Made by a program: the position numbers and the translations under genes. Positions 44,527-53,197 of a stretch of 53,920 nt of DNA are shown piece after piece. Each line of letters starts with the position of its first letter. The stretch's first letter is position 1. This DNA is from a virus (taxonomy: Duplodnaviria; Caudoviricetes): IMG/VR virus record IMGVR_UViG_3300017998_000013, positions 1 to 53,920 of that record. The stretch is one strand, 5' to 3'. The notes beneath the pieces were generated by a model, which saw only the letters and a list, made by a program, of their open reading frames with translations, ran no database searches and had not been told where the DNA came from.

Positions 44527-44739
44527 TTATTTTTTATCGGCCATCCGCACGATTTCTGAGGATTCGGCCTTGCGCTTCATGTGCTCAGCTTTCATCGTCT
44601 TCGCGTGACCGTGAGCAGCCTTGAGACGGGCAGGGTCTTTTTTGATCGCTGCCGCCCTGGCGAGTGCGCGGACATCTTCTTCTTTCTCCCAGTGGTTCTC
44701 ATCGTATGGCTGCGCCACCAACTCCGATTTCTTAGTCAT
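44527..44739 (-). CDS. Small conserved head-module protein
   Basis: WEKEEDVRAL.RA..IKKDP.RLKAA; SD GAGGAGG. Confidence 0.7.
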   Translation of the reverse strand: MTKKSELVAQPYDENHWEKEEDVRALARAAAIKKDPARLKAAHGHAKTMKAEHMKRKAESSEIVRMADKK

Positions 44740-44866
44740 TGTTCAAATCCTCCTCGTCTCTAGCCTTAACTGTTTCATCTCGTATGACGGACATCTTGGA
44801 TGACAATCGCAAGGGTCAGTTATTGACTCATCCAAGACCCAACAATAATAATAGGTGTCCCATCCG

Positions 44867-47110
44867 TCAGGCAACATTACCCGGTTGTCCTCCCGGCTGT
44901 CCTGTATTATCGCCCACCTGTGGCGGGTTTATCGCTGGTTGCGGCTGTTGCGGTGTCACTGCCGGTGTCACTGCCGGTGTCTGGTCAGGATGTTTAACGA
45001 GGGCATCAGCCTCTTCTATCAGCGTGTCGGCTGCCTTCACGATACCCGGAGCGATAGACACCGCCCCCGCCGTCTCCATGGCGGACATCAGCATGTTCAG
45101 CCGTTCCGATGCCGCCTTTACTGCGTCCAAGATCGCCTTGTTTTCTTTGCTGTCAACCTCTGCCCGCTTCAATTTCACTTCGAGCTGAAGCATCTCTTTC
45201 TGAATCGCCTGCATTTCAGCGGCTTCTTTCTGCTTCGCGGCCTGCTCCTGCTGTTTGGCCTGTTTCTCTTGAGGAGTCAGGTCGTCGTCGATACCTTCCT
45301 GCCCTGTTATCTTCCTGATCCTGGCGACCATCTCCTCTTTGGCGTTCATATCGTCGTAGAGGTCAACGTAAATGTCGAGCATGGCGACGCCGCACTCCTG
45401 GGCCTTGCCGCCAACCTTAACGAGATTCTGGATGAGCTCCCCGAGTTCTTGCCGCATTCCCTGCCGGACCGTCTCGCGGTAATCCGTTTTTGATATCTTG
45501 AAGTCACCCTTGGCCCGAGTAATCGAATCAGTCGGTTTCCCCTCTTCGTCAACGGTGTTTATGGTGACAAACTCATGCTTCTGCTCTTCGCCGGTAATCC
45601 TCATCACCTTTTCGGTGTTGTCGAACTGCTCGACGTTGGAGAGTTGAAGTTCGCCGGCCATCTGCATGGCGAAGAAATAGTTATCGAACAGGCTGGAATT
45701 CTGGTTGCTTCCCTGCTGTTCAAGTGCTTTGATCGCCACGCCTGACAGGTCCCGTTTGCTCTGTCCTTGCTGCTCGGGGGTCACGCCTGCGATATTGTGC
45801 ATGAACTGCTCGGCTTCCCTTGCAACCGCGGCTTCCTGCTGGGCCTTCGCCATGCCGTTCTCGAAGTGAATCTTCTGCCCGGAGAGCGCGCCGGCCGCTA
45901 CTTTTGCAATCCCGTCAGGGCGCCGGTACTCGTCGGCAAACCGGGCAATCCCAGCGGGAGTTGATTCGTCGATAGCTCCCTGCTCGTAGATGACTTTCTC
46001 CGCGGACATCAGGAAGTAGGCTCGCATCTTCCGGGCGTTCACATCGTCCTGGGGAGAGCGCATGTCACGAATCAGGCCGTAGGGCATCCCGTCACGGTCC
46101 CGGCGATAGCAGAACACCGGCACCCATGAAAACTGGTTGTGATGGTAAGGAGTCGGGAAATCACGCAGGAATATCGAATTGCACCATAGGCCATGCCTCA
46201 CGGTCATGCGTTTAGCATCTTCCAGGTCGGCGGACCCGTACTTCACCAGATGCTTGTGGACATCGTTATCGTCCTGATAGATCACATGGTCATAGGCTCC
46301 GTACTCTTCGCCCTTGATGTTCAGTATCTTCACCTTGTCGGGTATCCGGTACTGCATGTGGATGATCTTGACCCTGTTCCGGAAACCTTCGATGGTCTGG
46401 CCGAACGTCATGCCATAATCCATCGTGACCCCATCGGTCGCATCATCGAAAACGTAGGAGTCCTCCGGATTGTACGGATAACGGCTGATCGTGTCGATTG
46501 CGGCGTTTTCCAGCTCAGTTTGACGGTCCTCGAATAGAGCAACGGCAATGTCCAGGTCAACCCACCGCTCCATAAAGTAATAGCGCCAGTCCATCCGGTC
46601 GAGCCGTTTCCCCAGAGAATCCCACCACATATCCCGCCAGTCCATGTTGGCGTAATATAGCGGGTTCTCTGGATCGGCCTTGGCCCCGATATCTAGATGA
46701 CCGACGCCGACCTTGGCAGCGTTGGCGAACACCTGGGAGCGAACGTAAGCCGCATAGTTCATGTCGTCGTGGTATTTTATAACTTTGGTCTTGGTCTTGG
46801 CGTCTTTATCGTCTGCTTTTTTGCGGGGGAGGACGTTGATATCGAAGCGGCTCTTTTGCTCGGTGCCGAGCGCCCAGTTAACTACGCCCTTTGTGATGTT
46901 CCATACCTGAACGGGCTGCTCTCTCTCTTCCAGAACGGCAAGTTGGTCATTGGTGAGCTGTATCCCGTCGTAGTAATCGGCATCTATGGCCTGTTGCTGG
47001 CGGTTGTCAAGGTGAGCGAGCCGAGCCTGACGCCGGTATATCTGCAATGTCTGCAGGCGTTTCTGCATCTCTTCTGATTCTAGCGGATGTCGTTTGGGGG
47101 CTTTCGCCAT
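44867..47110 (-). CDS. Portal protein (P22 gp1-like)
   Basis: D.DYYDG.Q, L..R.QP...N, PYGL.RD...PQD..N.R, SGVAI....QQG; Q-rich barrel at the C-terminus. Confidence 0.9.
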   Translation of the reverse strand: MAKAPKRHPLESEEMQKRLQTLQIYRRQARLAHLDNRQQQAIDADYYDGIQLTNDQLAVLEEREQPVQVWNITKGVVNWALGTEQKSRFDINVLPRKKADDKDAKTKTKVIKYHDDMNYAAYVRSQVFANAAKVGVGHLDIGAKADPENPLYYANMDWRDMWWDSLGKRLDRMDWRYYFMERWVDLDIAVALFEDRQTELENAAIDTISRYPYNPEDSYVFDDATDGVTMDYGMTFGQTIEGFRNRVKIIHMQYRIPDKVKILNIKGEEYGAYDHVIYQDDNDVHKHLVKYGSADLEDAKRMTVRHGLWCNSIFLRDFPTPYHHNQFSWVPVFCYRRDRDGMPYGLIRDMRSPQDDVNARKMRAYFLMSAEKVIYEQGAIDESTPAGIARFADEYRRPDGIAKVAAGALSGQKIHFENGMAKAQQEAAVAREAEQFMHNIAGVTPEQQGQSKRDLSGVAIKALEQQGSNQNSSLFDNYFFAMQMAGELQLSNVEQFDNTEKVMRITGEEQKHEFVTINTVDEEGKPTDSITRAKGDFKISKTDYRETVRQGMRQELGELIQNLVKVGGKAQECGVAMLDIYVDLYDDMNAKEEMVARIRKITGQEGIDDDLTPQEKQAKQQEQAAKQKEAAEMQAIQKEMLQLEVKLKRAEVDSKENKAILDAVKAASERLNMLMSAMETAGAVSIAPGIVKAADTLIEEADALVKHPDQTPAVTPAVTPQQPQPAINPPQVGDNTGQPGGQPGNVA

Positions 47111-47706
47111 TATAGGGCCATCCCTGTCTTCAGTTCGCCTTCTTTGATGGTGAGCGGGGCTTCGATGACCTTTACATCGTCGTCCCTGTGAAACGTCATT
47201 TTCATGTCGAGGCCTGTTTCAGTCTCGGTCTCGGGAATCGGTAAGTTCATGCGCTGAATCTCGCGCAGTCCGTCCTGGATGAACATCAGGAGCTGGAATA
47301 TCGCGGGCTTGTTTACAGGGATATCAAGGAGTTGCAGGCACTTGACGAGTGAATATGTGGTGCATCGTAGGAATTTCTCTTGAACATACAGACTGCTGGC
47401 CATCGTCAGGGCGGCGAATTCGTCGGTAAAGTCCCCGAACGGCCTCATTTTCTTTGCGTGAGCCATGTCGCGGAGCAGGTCGGCGAAGTCGTTAGAGTCT
47501 TGGACGTGAACATCGGCATTATCTTTGGGGTCGAGGTACTTCCAGCCGCAGGAGTCGGGAACCCAGAACGATTTCCCCTTGAGCGTCGGCTTGTAGATCA
47601 TCATGGCCCGCTCGAACTTGGGCTTACCGCTCTTGTCGTCGGGGTCAACGACCTTGAGATGATGGAACTCGCGGGTCACGCCGCCTAAGTGTAGGAACCT
47701 GGCCAT
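47110..47706 (-). CDS. Hypothetical protein coupled to the portal gene
   Basis: One-nt overlaps with both neighbours. Confidence 0.65.
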   Translation of the reverse strand: MARFLHLGGVTREFHHLKVVDPDDKSGKPKFERAMMIYKPTLKGKSFWVPDSCGWKYLDPKDNADVHVQDSNDFADLLRDMAHAKKMRPFGDFTDEFAALTMASSLYVQEKFLRCTTYSLVKCLQLLDIPVNKPAIFQLLMFIQDGLREIQRMNLPIPETETETGLDMKMTFHRDDDVKVIEAPLTIKEGELKTGMAL

Positions 47707-48062
47707 CAGCCTTTCCCCTCCTGATCTCGTTGCAGAGATTTCGCTGTATCTATGGCTTTGGTCATGTCCGCATATGTCATTGGTTTACTTGCCTCTGGAA
47801 TCGGTACGAGCTTCGTTCTCAACCGAGCCATGACGATAGCGAAAAACTTGTTCTTGCCGTCGTCCTTCGGGTTCAGCCCGCCGATAAACTCAACGGTGTA
47901 ATCTTCCTCTGCCTTCCTGACGACCTCTGTGAGCTTCGAGAATGCCAGCGAATACGAATCCCCCGAGCCGTAGAGGATATTGAACCCCTCCTGTAATCCG
48001 TCTCTCATCGGTGTAAACCTCCTGTGTTGGTCTTGTTGGATGTTTTTAAGCCGCTCGTGCAT
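47706..48062 (-). CDS. Hypothetical protein
   Basis: ORF in the operon upstream of the portal. Confidence 0.6.
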   Translation of the reverse strand: MHERLKNIQQDQHRRFTPMRDGLQEGFNILYGSGDSYSLAFSKLTEVVRKAEEDYTVEFIGGLNPKDDGKNKFFAIVMARLRTKLVPIPEASKPMTYADMTKAIDTAKSLQRDQEGKG

Positions 48063-48074
48063 AAAAACCCCATC

Positions 48075-48239
48075 TTAAATGCCCGCAAGCTGCCGTTTCA
48101 ACTTCGCTATTTTCATCAAAAGCCGCCCGCCTAATCTTAGCGGGAGGTTATTCACAACACGGGTCAGGCTTTCTATCTCTCGTTCGATATCTTCTTTAGA
48201 CGCTATCGGTGTTACTTTATTTATATTCGTGTTACTCAT
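48075..48239 (-). CDS. Hypothetical 54-aa protein
   Basis: SD AAGGT before MSNTNINK; amphipathic helix. Confidence 0.45.
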   Translation of the reverse strand: MSNTNINKVTPIASKEDIEREIESLTRVVNNLPLRLGGRLLMKIAKLKRQLAGI

Positions 48240-48723
48240 CGTATACCTTAACACTTTATCGTATACAGCAAAGGTGCCGGTGTTACTTTCTAGTGTTTCG
48301 TGCCTCAACTGGTTCTTGTGATCTACTTTCCCCCTTCCCTTAGCCTTGGGTTTGCCCCTAAGACTCAAGGATTGATCCTGACACAATCGGGGTACTCGTT
48401 GTTCCCCTGGTAGCTTTCTTTGCCCCGCTACCCACGACAAGGAGCGTCAGAGTGCTTGCCGTGCTTCCAAGGCCACCCATATTTCAGGGCCGGAAGGTCC
48501 GGGTCGGAAGTAGTCACCGTTGCCCGGTATTTTGTTTCACCTTGACTTGGCCGCAAGGCTCGGCGGTATTCATCTGTTCCTGTTTAACGGCTAGGATCGG
48601 TTGGACGCCGGTTCATCCCTTTAAACGGCAAAAGCCCGGCTATAGCGGTCATATTCAACCGTATTGCCGGGCCATTTGTTCGAGGCTCCACCTACATCGT
48701 GGAGGCGAAGATGGAAGCCGTGA

Positions 48724-48870
48724 TTATTTGAATGTCTTACTGATTATTAACTGTGAATCCCTGACGCCTCCCTGGTTGAGTTGGAATTTCATGACTACCT
48801 CGCCGGTATGATTGGCCGGTATTTCCTCCAACATTGCCTTCACTCTCTTGAGCAGGTCAAGAAACTTCAT
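48724..48870 (-). CDS. Small 48-aa protein (DUF2292/YezD-like pattern)
   Basis: MKFLDLLKRVKAMLEEIPANHTGEVVMKFQLNQGGVRDSQLIISKTFK; SD GGAG; TTGACA at 48907-48902 upstream. Confidence 0.55.
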   Translation of the reverse strand: MKFLDLLKRVKAMLEEIPANHTGEVVMKFQLNQGGVRDSQLIISKTFK

Positions 48871-48893
48871 TCTTTCTCCGTATATACCGATTA

Positions 48894-49287
48894 TTAGCGG
48901 CTGTCAAGAGATTTATTTCGCGGTCGGTTGGTCGGCAGCCTATCATATACCAGATATTCGAAGTGATCTCGATCTCCCGGCGGCACGTCCATGTGAGGGC
49001 AGATGCGGGTGACTTTGGTCGTTTTGCGAACCACGGGAGTCACAAAATCAAATTTGACCGGGGGTTTCTGTTGTGGTTTCCTCTTCTTGCCCGGCGAAGA
49101 AGTTTTTTAGTACAAATACAAACGAGTTCGACACATATTCAACCTGTACCCTTAAGTCCATTTCTCTCAACTGGTACTCTGGCAGTTCTATACAAATCGT
49201 TTTGAGTACCTTCTGCAAGAAGATGCTTTGAACCGACTCCCTGTCAGGATACATCCCGAACTCATTATAAACTTTAGGTTGAGCCAT
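48894..49287 (-). pseudogene. Hypothetical protein apparently split by a frameshift near 49060
   Basis: The frame from ATG 49287 stops at 49048. The +1 frame continues PPVKFDFVTPVVRKTTKVTRICPHMD...HFEYL to TAA at 48894. Confidence 0.4.
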
Positions 49288-49630
49288 TGTCCACCCCCTG
49301 ATAGAAACACTGTTTAACCTCATCAGGATAACAGCGGTTGCAGAACGGTTTCCCGCAGGGATTGCCCGGCCCGTGCTTGGCATGAAAAGACTCTTCGAAT
49401 ACGGGAACGTTGTCGGTATGTATCCGTGCCGCCTCTTTCCCATGAATATGCGGCTTCGGATTCGTGCAGTGCGGACAGGTGAAATCGGAGTTTGGTATCT
49501 TCATCCCCTTGCCGATACACTCAAGGGCGAATTCGAGGCCCTTGGCGTACTCGTACAAACCGACTGCAAATAGTTCTGGCTCTCTCGAAACGTCCCTCTT
49601 CTCCCATATCTCATCTGCGTGACTCTTCAT
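49274..49630 (-). CDS. Cys/His-rich hypothetical protein
   Basis: SD GGAGG; CPHC..P.PH.H and CGKPFCNRC. Confidence 0.55.
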   Translation of the reverse strand: MKSHADEIWEKRDVSREPELFAVGLYEYAKGLEFALECIGKGMKIPNSDFTCPHCTNPKPHIHGKEAARIHTDNVPVFEESFHAKHGPGNPCGKPFCNRCYPDEVKQCFYQGVDNGST

Positions 49631-49652
49631 CTTAAACCTCCTGTCGTGTGGT

Positions 49653-49991
49653 TTACCCTCCAAAAACTTCCCTCATGATATCTCTGATTTCTGACAAAAT
49701 GGTGTCCCTGTCCTGTTCGTAGATCGCCCGTTCCAGTTTAATGGCGCGCTGTTTAATGTCGCCGTAAATGGCCTCTCGCAATGCACGGATAACATTGTCT
49801 AGCATCGGAGCGAGTTCCTCGGGTTTACAAAATCCTGTTTGCACCCACCCCACAGAGATGCAATACTCGGTCAGATCGTCATAATCGGGGGTTGGTCTCT
49901 TGTATTCTTTCTTGACAGCCAACATCGGAGAAAAACACACTTTCCTCTCGTGCAATAACTCCGCTCTCACCGCATCAATAAACTTGCTCAT
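49653..49991 (-). CDS. Hypothetical phage protein
   Basis: SD GGAGGG; E.IYG and ...EVFG pattern. Confidence 0.65.
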   Translation of the reverse strand: MSKFIDAVRAELLHERKVCFSPMLAVKKEYKRPTPDYDDLTEYCISVGWVQTGFCKPEELAPMLDNVIRALREAIYGDIKQRAIKLERAIYEQDRDTILSEIRDIMREVFGG

Positions 49992-50208
49992 TGCTCTCCC
50001 TCCTGGGTTGCTTCGTTAAGTGCCAGTCCCTACAATGGGGGCACTTGTAACAGCGTACATCATAACCGCTCGCTCTCTCTGACGCGCCGGCCGCGCCGAG
50101 GGCTGATTTCTTCGTACTGTGCCGCCGCTTCCTCGCTACGAAGCAATGGCCTCCCTTGTTCGGGACCGGGCTCGGTCGAGGTCCCCCCTTCCTCATGACG
50201 GTCTCCAT
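49975..50208 (-). CDS. Small zinc-binding phage protein
   Basis: C...KRRH.T...A and YKCPHC..WHLT motifs. Confidence 0.65.
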   Translation of the reverse strand: METVMRKGGPRPSPVPNKGGHCFVARKRRHSTKKSALGAAGASERASGYDVRCYKCPHCRDWHLTKQPRRESNEQVY

Positions 50209-51659
50209 GTGCTTCGATACGGAGCCCTGATCACCTGGGCGGAGTGGCGCCAGTCAGTTTGAGCTTGCCCTTTCGCGGGGGTAATGAGCGCCAGGCCTTC
50301 CCCCGCTCCAATCAGCATATATTCCCCCGCCTCAACAGGGTGAGAGTACCGGTTCTTGTCCGGCTTGTCCTGGAATCGCTCATCACCGGTCACCTGCACG
50401 CGCTTGTAGCAATACCCGCCAGCTAAGCCTTTTCGTGTTACTTTCAGCGCAGGGGAGATTATCAGCCCGGGCTTGCCGTCGATCAACCGACTAAGAACAT
50501 TGCCGAGCGCCCCGTGTCTGAGCGTTGGATCGTTGGACGGCGCTGGCATGGCAGTGAGCGGCACCCCTTCGTCTTTCAGGGATGTGTTAAAGATATCGAA
50601 CGGCGTAGATTCGTCTGTCTGTGCCTCTGCCATCCCGGCCGGGTCGCCATAAGGAACCTCAAACTTGAATCCGGGGAAGGTGGCGGAGACGAACTGAGCG
50701 AATTCCCTGCCGAAGTTCTTGGCGCCCATGTGCTCGGTCACCAGTTCATGCGTCCAGATCCACCGACCATTGGGTAATCGCTGCCCGAAGATCGCCGCAG
50801 GGGTGAGCCCCCAGTCTATCCCGACTCGTATAGGTAATCCCTGCACCGGGTGCAGGGTTTCGTGGGAGCAGTGAATCGCGTCGATATACTCAGGGATGAC
50901 CGGCCTGCCCTCCTGGACGAAACCTATCTGATTACAGTAATAAACCCGGATGTAATCGTCTTTCTTGCCAGCCATACGAGTTGAATAATAATCCGACTCG
51001 TTGAGGTTTTCGACGTTCTCAGCTCCAGGGTTAGGAGTGAACCGCCCTTCTTTCTCGACGAGACCGCCAGGCTGTACGAAGAAATCCCATCCAGGCGGAG
51101 GCTCCTGCTCCAAAAGATACCACCAATGATCATCGTCCATTGAGTTGGTATCCATCATCACGCCGCGGTAGGTACAGCCACCCATATCTTTCGGCGGGTA
51201 CTGGCCAACGCGGTCGCCGAGCACGTCAATAACCACTTTTGGGATCTCCTTCGCCTCATTGACCCACGCGCCGGTCACTTCAAGAGACAGCAGCTTCCGA
51301 ACATCCCGCGGCCGGTCGAGTGCTCGGAAAAGGACATCCATGTGGAGCCCTGGTAATCGTATCTCGTGGATCATGTCATTCGTGGAAATCTCTCCGAAAT
51401 CATCAGGTGGGAAACATCGTTGCCATGTGGCTATTGTGGTATCACTCAATTCTCGGTACGTTGAGCGGACAACCACCCATCGGCTGTAGCGTGTACCGTC
51501 AGGTGCCGGCTTCTGGGCGAGAGCCCGCCTCATTATTTCGTTGCACATTGCGGTTGACTTGCCGGATCGGACAGGCCCGCGGACTCCACGGTAAAAAGCA
51601 TTGGATAGGTGAAACAGGGAGAGGGTGTAAGTGGCGTTATAGTTAATCTTTGTTCCCAT
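50193..51659 (-). CDS. terL: Terminase large subunit
   Basis: Walker A GPVRSGKST, SLEVTGAWVNEAKE, DTN, nuclease GIDWGLTPA, GDPAG, PDKNRYSHP.EA. Confidence 0.95.
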   Translation of the reverse strand: MGTKINYNATYTLSLFHLSNAFYRGVRGPVRSGKSTAMCNEIMRRALAQKPAPDGTRYSRWVVVRSTYRELSDTTIATWQRCFPPDDFGEISTNDMIHEIRLPGLHMDVLFRALDRPRDVRKLLSLEVTGAWVNEAKEIPKVVIDVLGDRVGQYPPKDMGGCTYRGVMMDTNSMDDDHWWYLLEQEPPPGWDFFVQPGGLVEKEGRFTPNPGAENVENLNESDYYSTRMAGKKDDYIRVYYCNQIGFVQEGRPVIPEYIDAIHCSHETLHPVQGLPIRVGIDWGLTPAAIFGQRLPNGRWIWTHELVTEHMGAKNFGREFAQFVSATFPGFKFEVPYGDPAGMAEAQTDESTPFDIFNTSLKDEGVPLTAMPAPSNDPTLRHGALGNVLSRLIDGKPGLIISPALKVTRKGLAGGYCYKRVQVTGDERFQDKPDKNRYSHPVEAGEYMLIGAGEGLALITPAKGQAQTDWRHSAQVIRAPYRSTWRPS

Positions 51660-52098
51660 CCTTGGCACCTTTGGCCGCATCAGGGTGAATGTTGAAAGTG
51701 AATTCTATCGGGGTCCCGTCTTTGCCGGAAAGTTCATGCTCTTGTTTATCTACCCACCCAAAATTGTTCTTGAGGGCAAATTCTACACCATGAGAACTCT
51801 TGGCACTAACCAAGCTTTCTTCATAAAACATTTCTACTTTTTGTTTCGCGCGCGTAATCGTGTTACAAAACTCTTTGCTTTTATGCTGGTAATCTATGAG
51901 CCCTTTCCGTGTCAGCCCTAAATGGAGGGCCAATCCTGTGACGGTATAGGGTCTGTTTTGATAAGTCACTGTACTCATGGTCACCTTGCCATCTTTGTCT
52001 GTAGTTTCGGTAACTTTATCCACCCAACACGACTGGAAATAGTCTTCTGCTTTGGCTTCTATATCGTTCGCGGCTCTATATTTAACAGGTCTTGCCAT
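51643..52098 (-). CDS. terS: Terminase small subunit (gp3-like DNA packaging protein)
   Basis: RP.KY, YF, PYTVTGLALHLG, F...I.RAK, FALKNNFGW.DK.E, GKDG.PI. Confidence 0.9.
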   Translation of the reverse strand: MARPVKYRAANDIEAKAEDYFQSCWVDKVTETTDKDGKVTMSTVTYQNRPYTVTGLALHLGLTRKGLIDYQHKSKEFCNTITRAKQKVEMFYEESLVSAKSSHGVEFALKNNFGWVDKQEHELSGKDGTPIEFTFNIHPDAAKGAKDGNKD

Positions 52099-52591
52099 TT
52101 TCCATCTCAATGGTATATGTTTTGCCTACGATAAAAAGAGTTATGTCCGATGCGAATTTTTGCATGTACGTAGAAAGGTATTCGTTTATTTTTGAACAAA
52201 CTAATATCAGTTTTGGTTTAATCCCATGAGCAGATTCATAGACTATGCCATATAATTGTAACTGGGCAACTCCTGATATTATTTGGACAATCGAATTAGA
52301 TGCGGGGACTTTGCACTCGATTAGATAATGATCTCCGCCATTAATCGCTAAAACATCTAGCCTGAATTTTGATCGTTTGCGTGGCTGGTTGAGCGGGAAG
52401 GTTATTTCGGTTACGATCTTGTCGAAGTTGACCCCAAAGATATTGTTAGCATGAGAAACGACAAATGATTGTAGCTCTGATTCTGTCGCGAACTCAGAAT
52501 GGTCATATATCAAAGGGATCAGGTCTTTTTCCCTGTATGGGCCATCTGTGTATTCTGGCGGTTTTTTTGTGGTGGGTGCTTTCTTTGGCAT
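52082..52591 (-). CDS. PD-(D/E)XK restriction-endonuclease-fold protein (NucS-like motifs)
   Basis: ESELQ, RLDVLA, LIECK and QLQLY motifs; AT-rich; overlaps the start of terS. Confidence 0.65.
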   Translation of the reverse strand: MPKKAPTTKKPPEYTDGPYREKDLIPLIYDHSEFATESELQSFVVSHANNIFGVNFDKIVTEITFPLNQPRKRSKFRLDVLAINGGDHYLIECKVPASNSIVQIISGVAQLQLYGIVYESAHGIKPKLILVCSKINEYLSTYMQKFASDITLFIVGKTYTIEMENGKTC

Positions 52592-52645
52592 GTTCTCTTT
52601 TTATACCTACTTGTAAAAAAAATCAAATATATTTTATTTTAGGGC

Positions 52646-52674
52646 TTGACATTCATTCTTATTTGTATTATTCT
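52646..52674 (+). promoter_or_regulatory. Sigma70 promoter for the early arm, in the divergent control region
   Basis: TTGACA, 17 bp spacer, TATTCT, with an AT-rich UP element upstream. Confidence 0.7.
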
Positions 52675-52704
52675 TCTTCTTAACAGATTATGAGGAGGTA
52701 AATT

Positions 52705-52866
52705 ATGAAATGCCGCTGTAGACACTGCGACTTGGAATGGGATTCTAACCTGCCGGATGGACCGCGAGCCTGCCCTTCATGCAAGTCGTATCAATGGAGA
52801 GGGAAACAGGTGCAGGTTGAGCCGGGCAAGCGCCTGGTCCAGCCCTTAACCAAGGGAGGTAAGTGA
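52705..52866 (+). CDS. Small Zn-ribbon protein (53 aa)
   Basis: SD GAGGAGG; CRHCDLEW...PRACPSCKSYQW. Confidence 0.7.
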   Translation: MKCRCRHCDLEWDSNLPDGPRACPSCKSYQWRGKQVQVEPGKRLVQPLTKGGK

Positions 52867-53024
52867 TGGACAAGGAAATAATTGAATTGATCGGAAGATA
52901 CGGGATTTCTGGCATAGTGGTCTACAAGATCATGGATTTCCTTGAATTTGTAGCAGTATTCGCGCTGTTGGCATGGCCTGCCCGAGCAGTATGGACATGG
53001 TTCAAGGGAAAGGATATCTTATGA
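52866..53024 (+). CDS. Small membrane protein (52 aa)
   Basis: TGATG coupling, SD GGAGG, hydrophobic core. Confidence 0.55.
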   Translation: MDKEIIELIGRYGISGIVVYKIMDFLEFVAVFALLAWPARAVWTWFKGKDIL

Positions 53025-53182
53025 GCACTCTTAAGCTCATTGATTCCCTAGTCAACCTGGATTCCAAGATCGAGCGGGGAGTATCTGACGCTGAGGACTG
53101 GGCGGCGAAGCGGGAGACCGTGATCGGCTTCATGGTGCTGGCTGTGCTGGTGATGTTTATTCTTTGGGTAGTAAACTATTGA
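53021..53182 (+). CDS. Small protein with C-terminal TM helix
   Basis: ATGA coupling; VIGFMVLAVLVMFILWVV. Confidence 0.55.
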   Translation: MSTLKLIDSLVNLDSKIERGVSDAEDWAAKRETVIGFMVLAVLVMFILWVVNY

Positions 53183-53197
53183 AATAAGGAGGCTATT

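Noticed and set aside
16602-47077. Numerous + strand ORFs within the structural arm (other than the HNH at 27601)
   Set aside because: Antisense shadows of long GC3-rich genes; no SD sequences or recognisable motifs.
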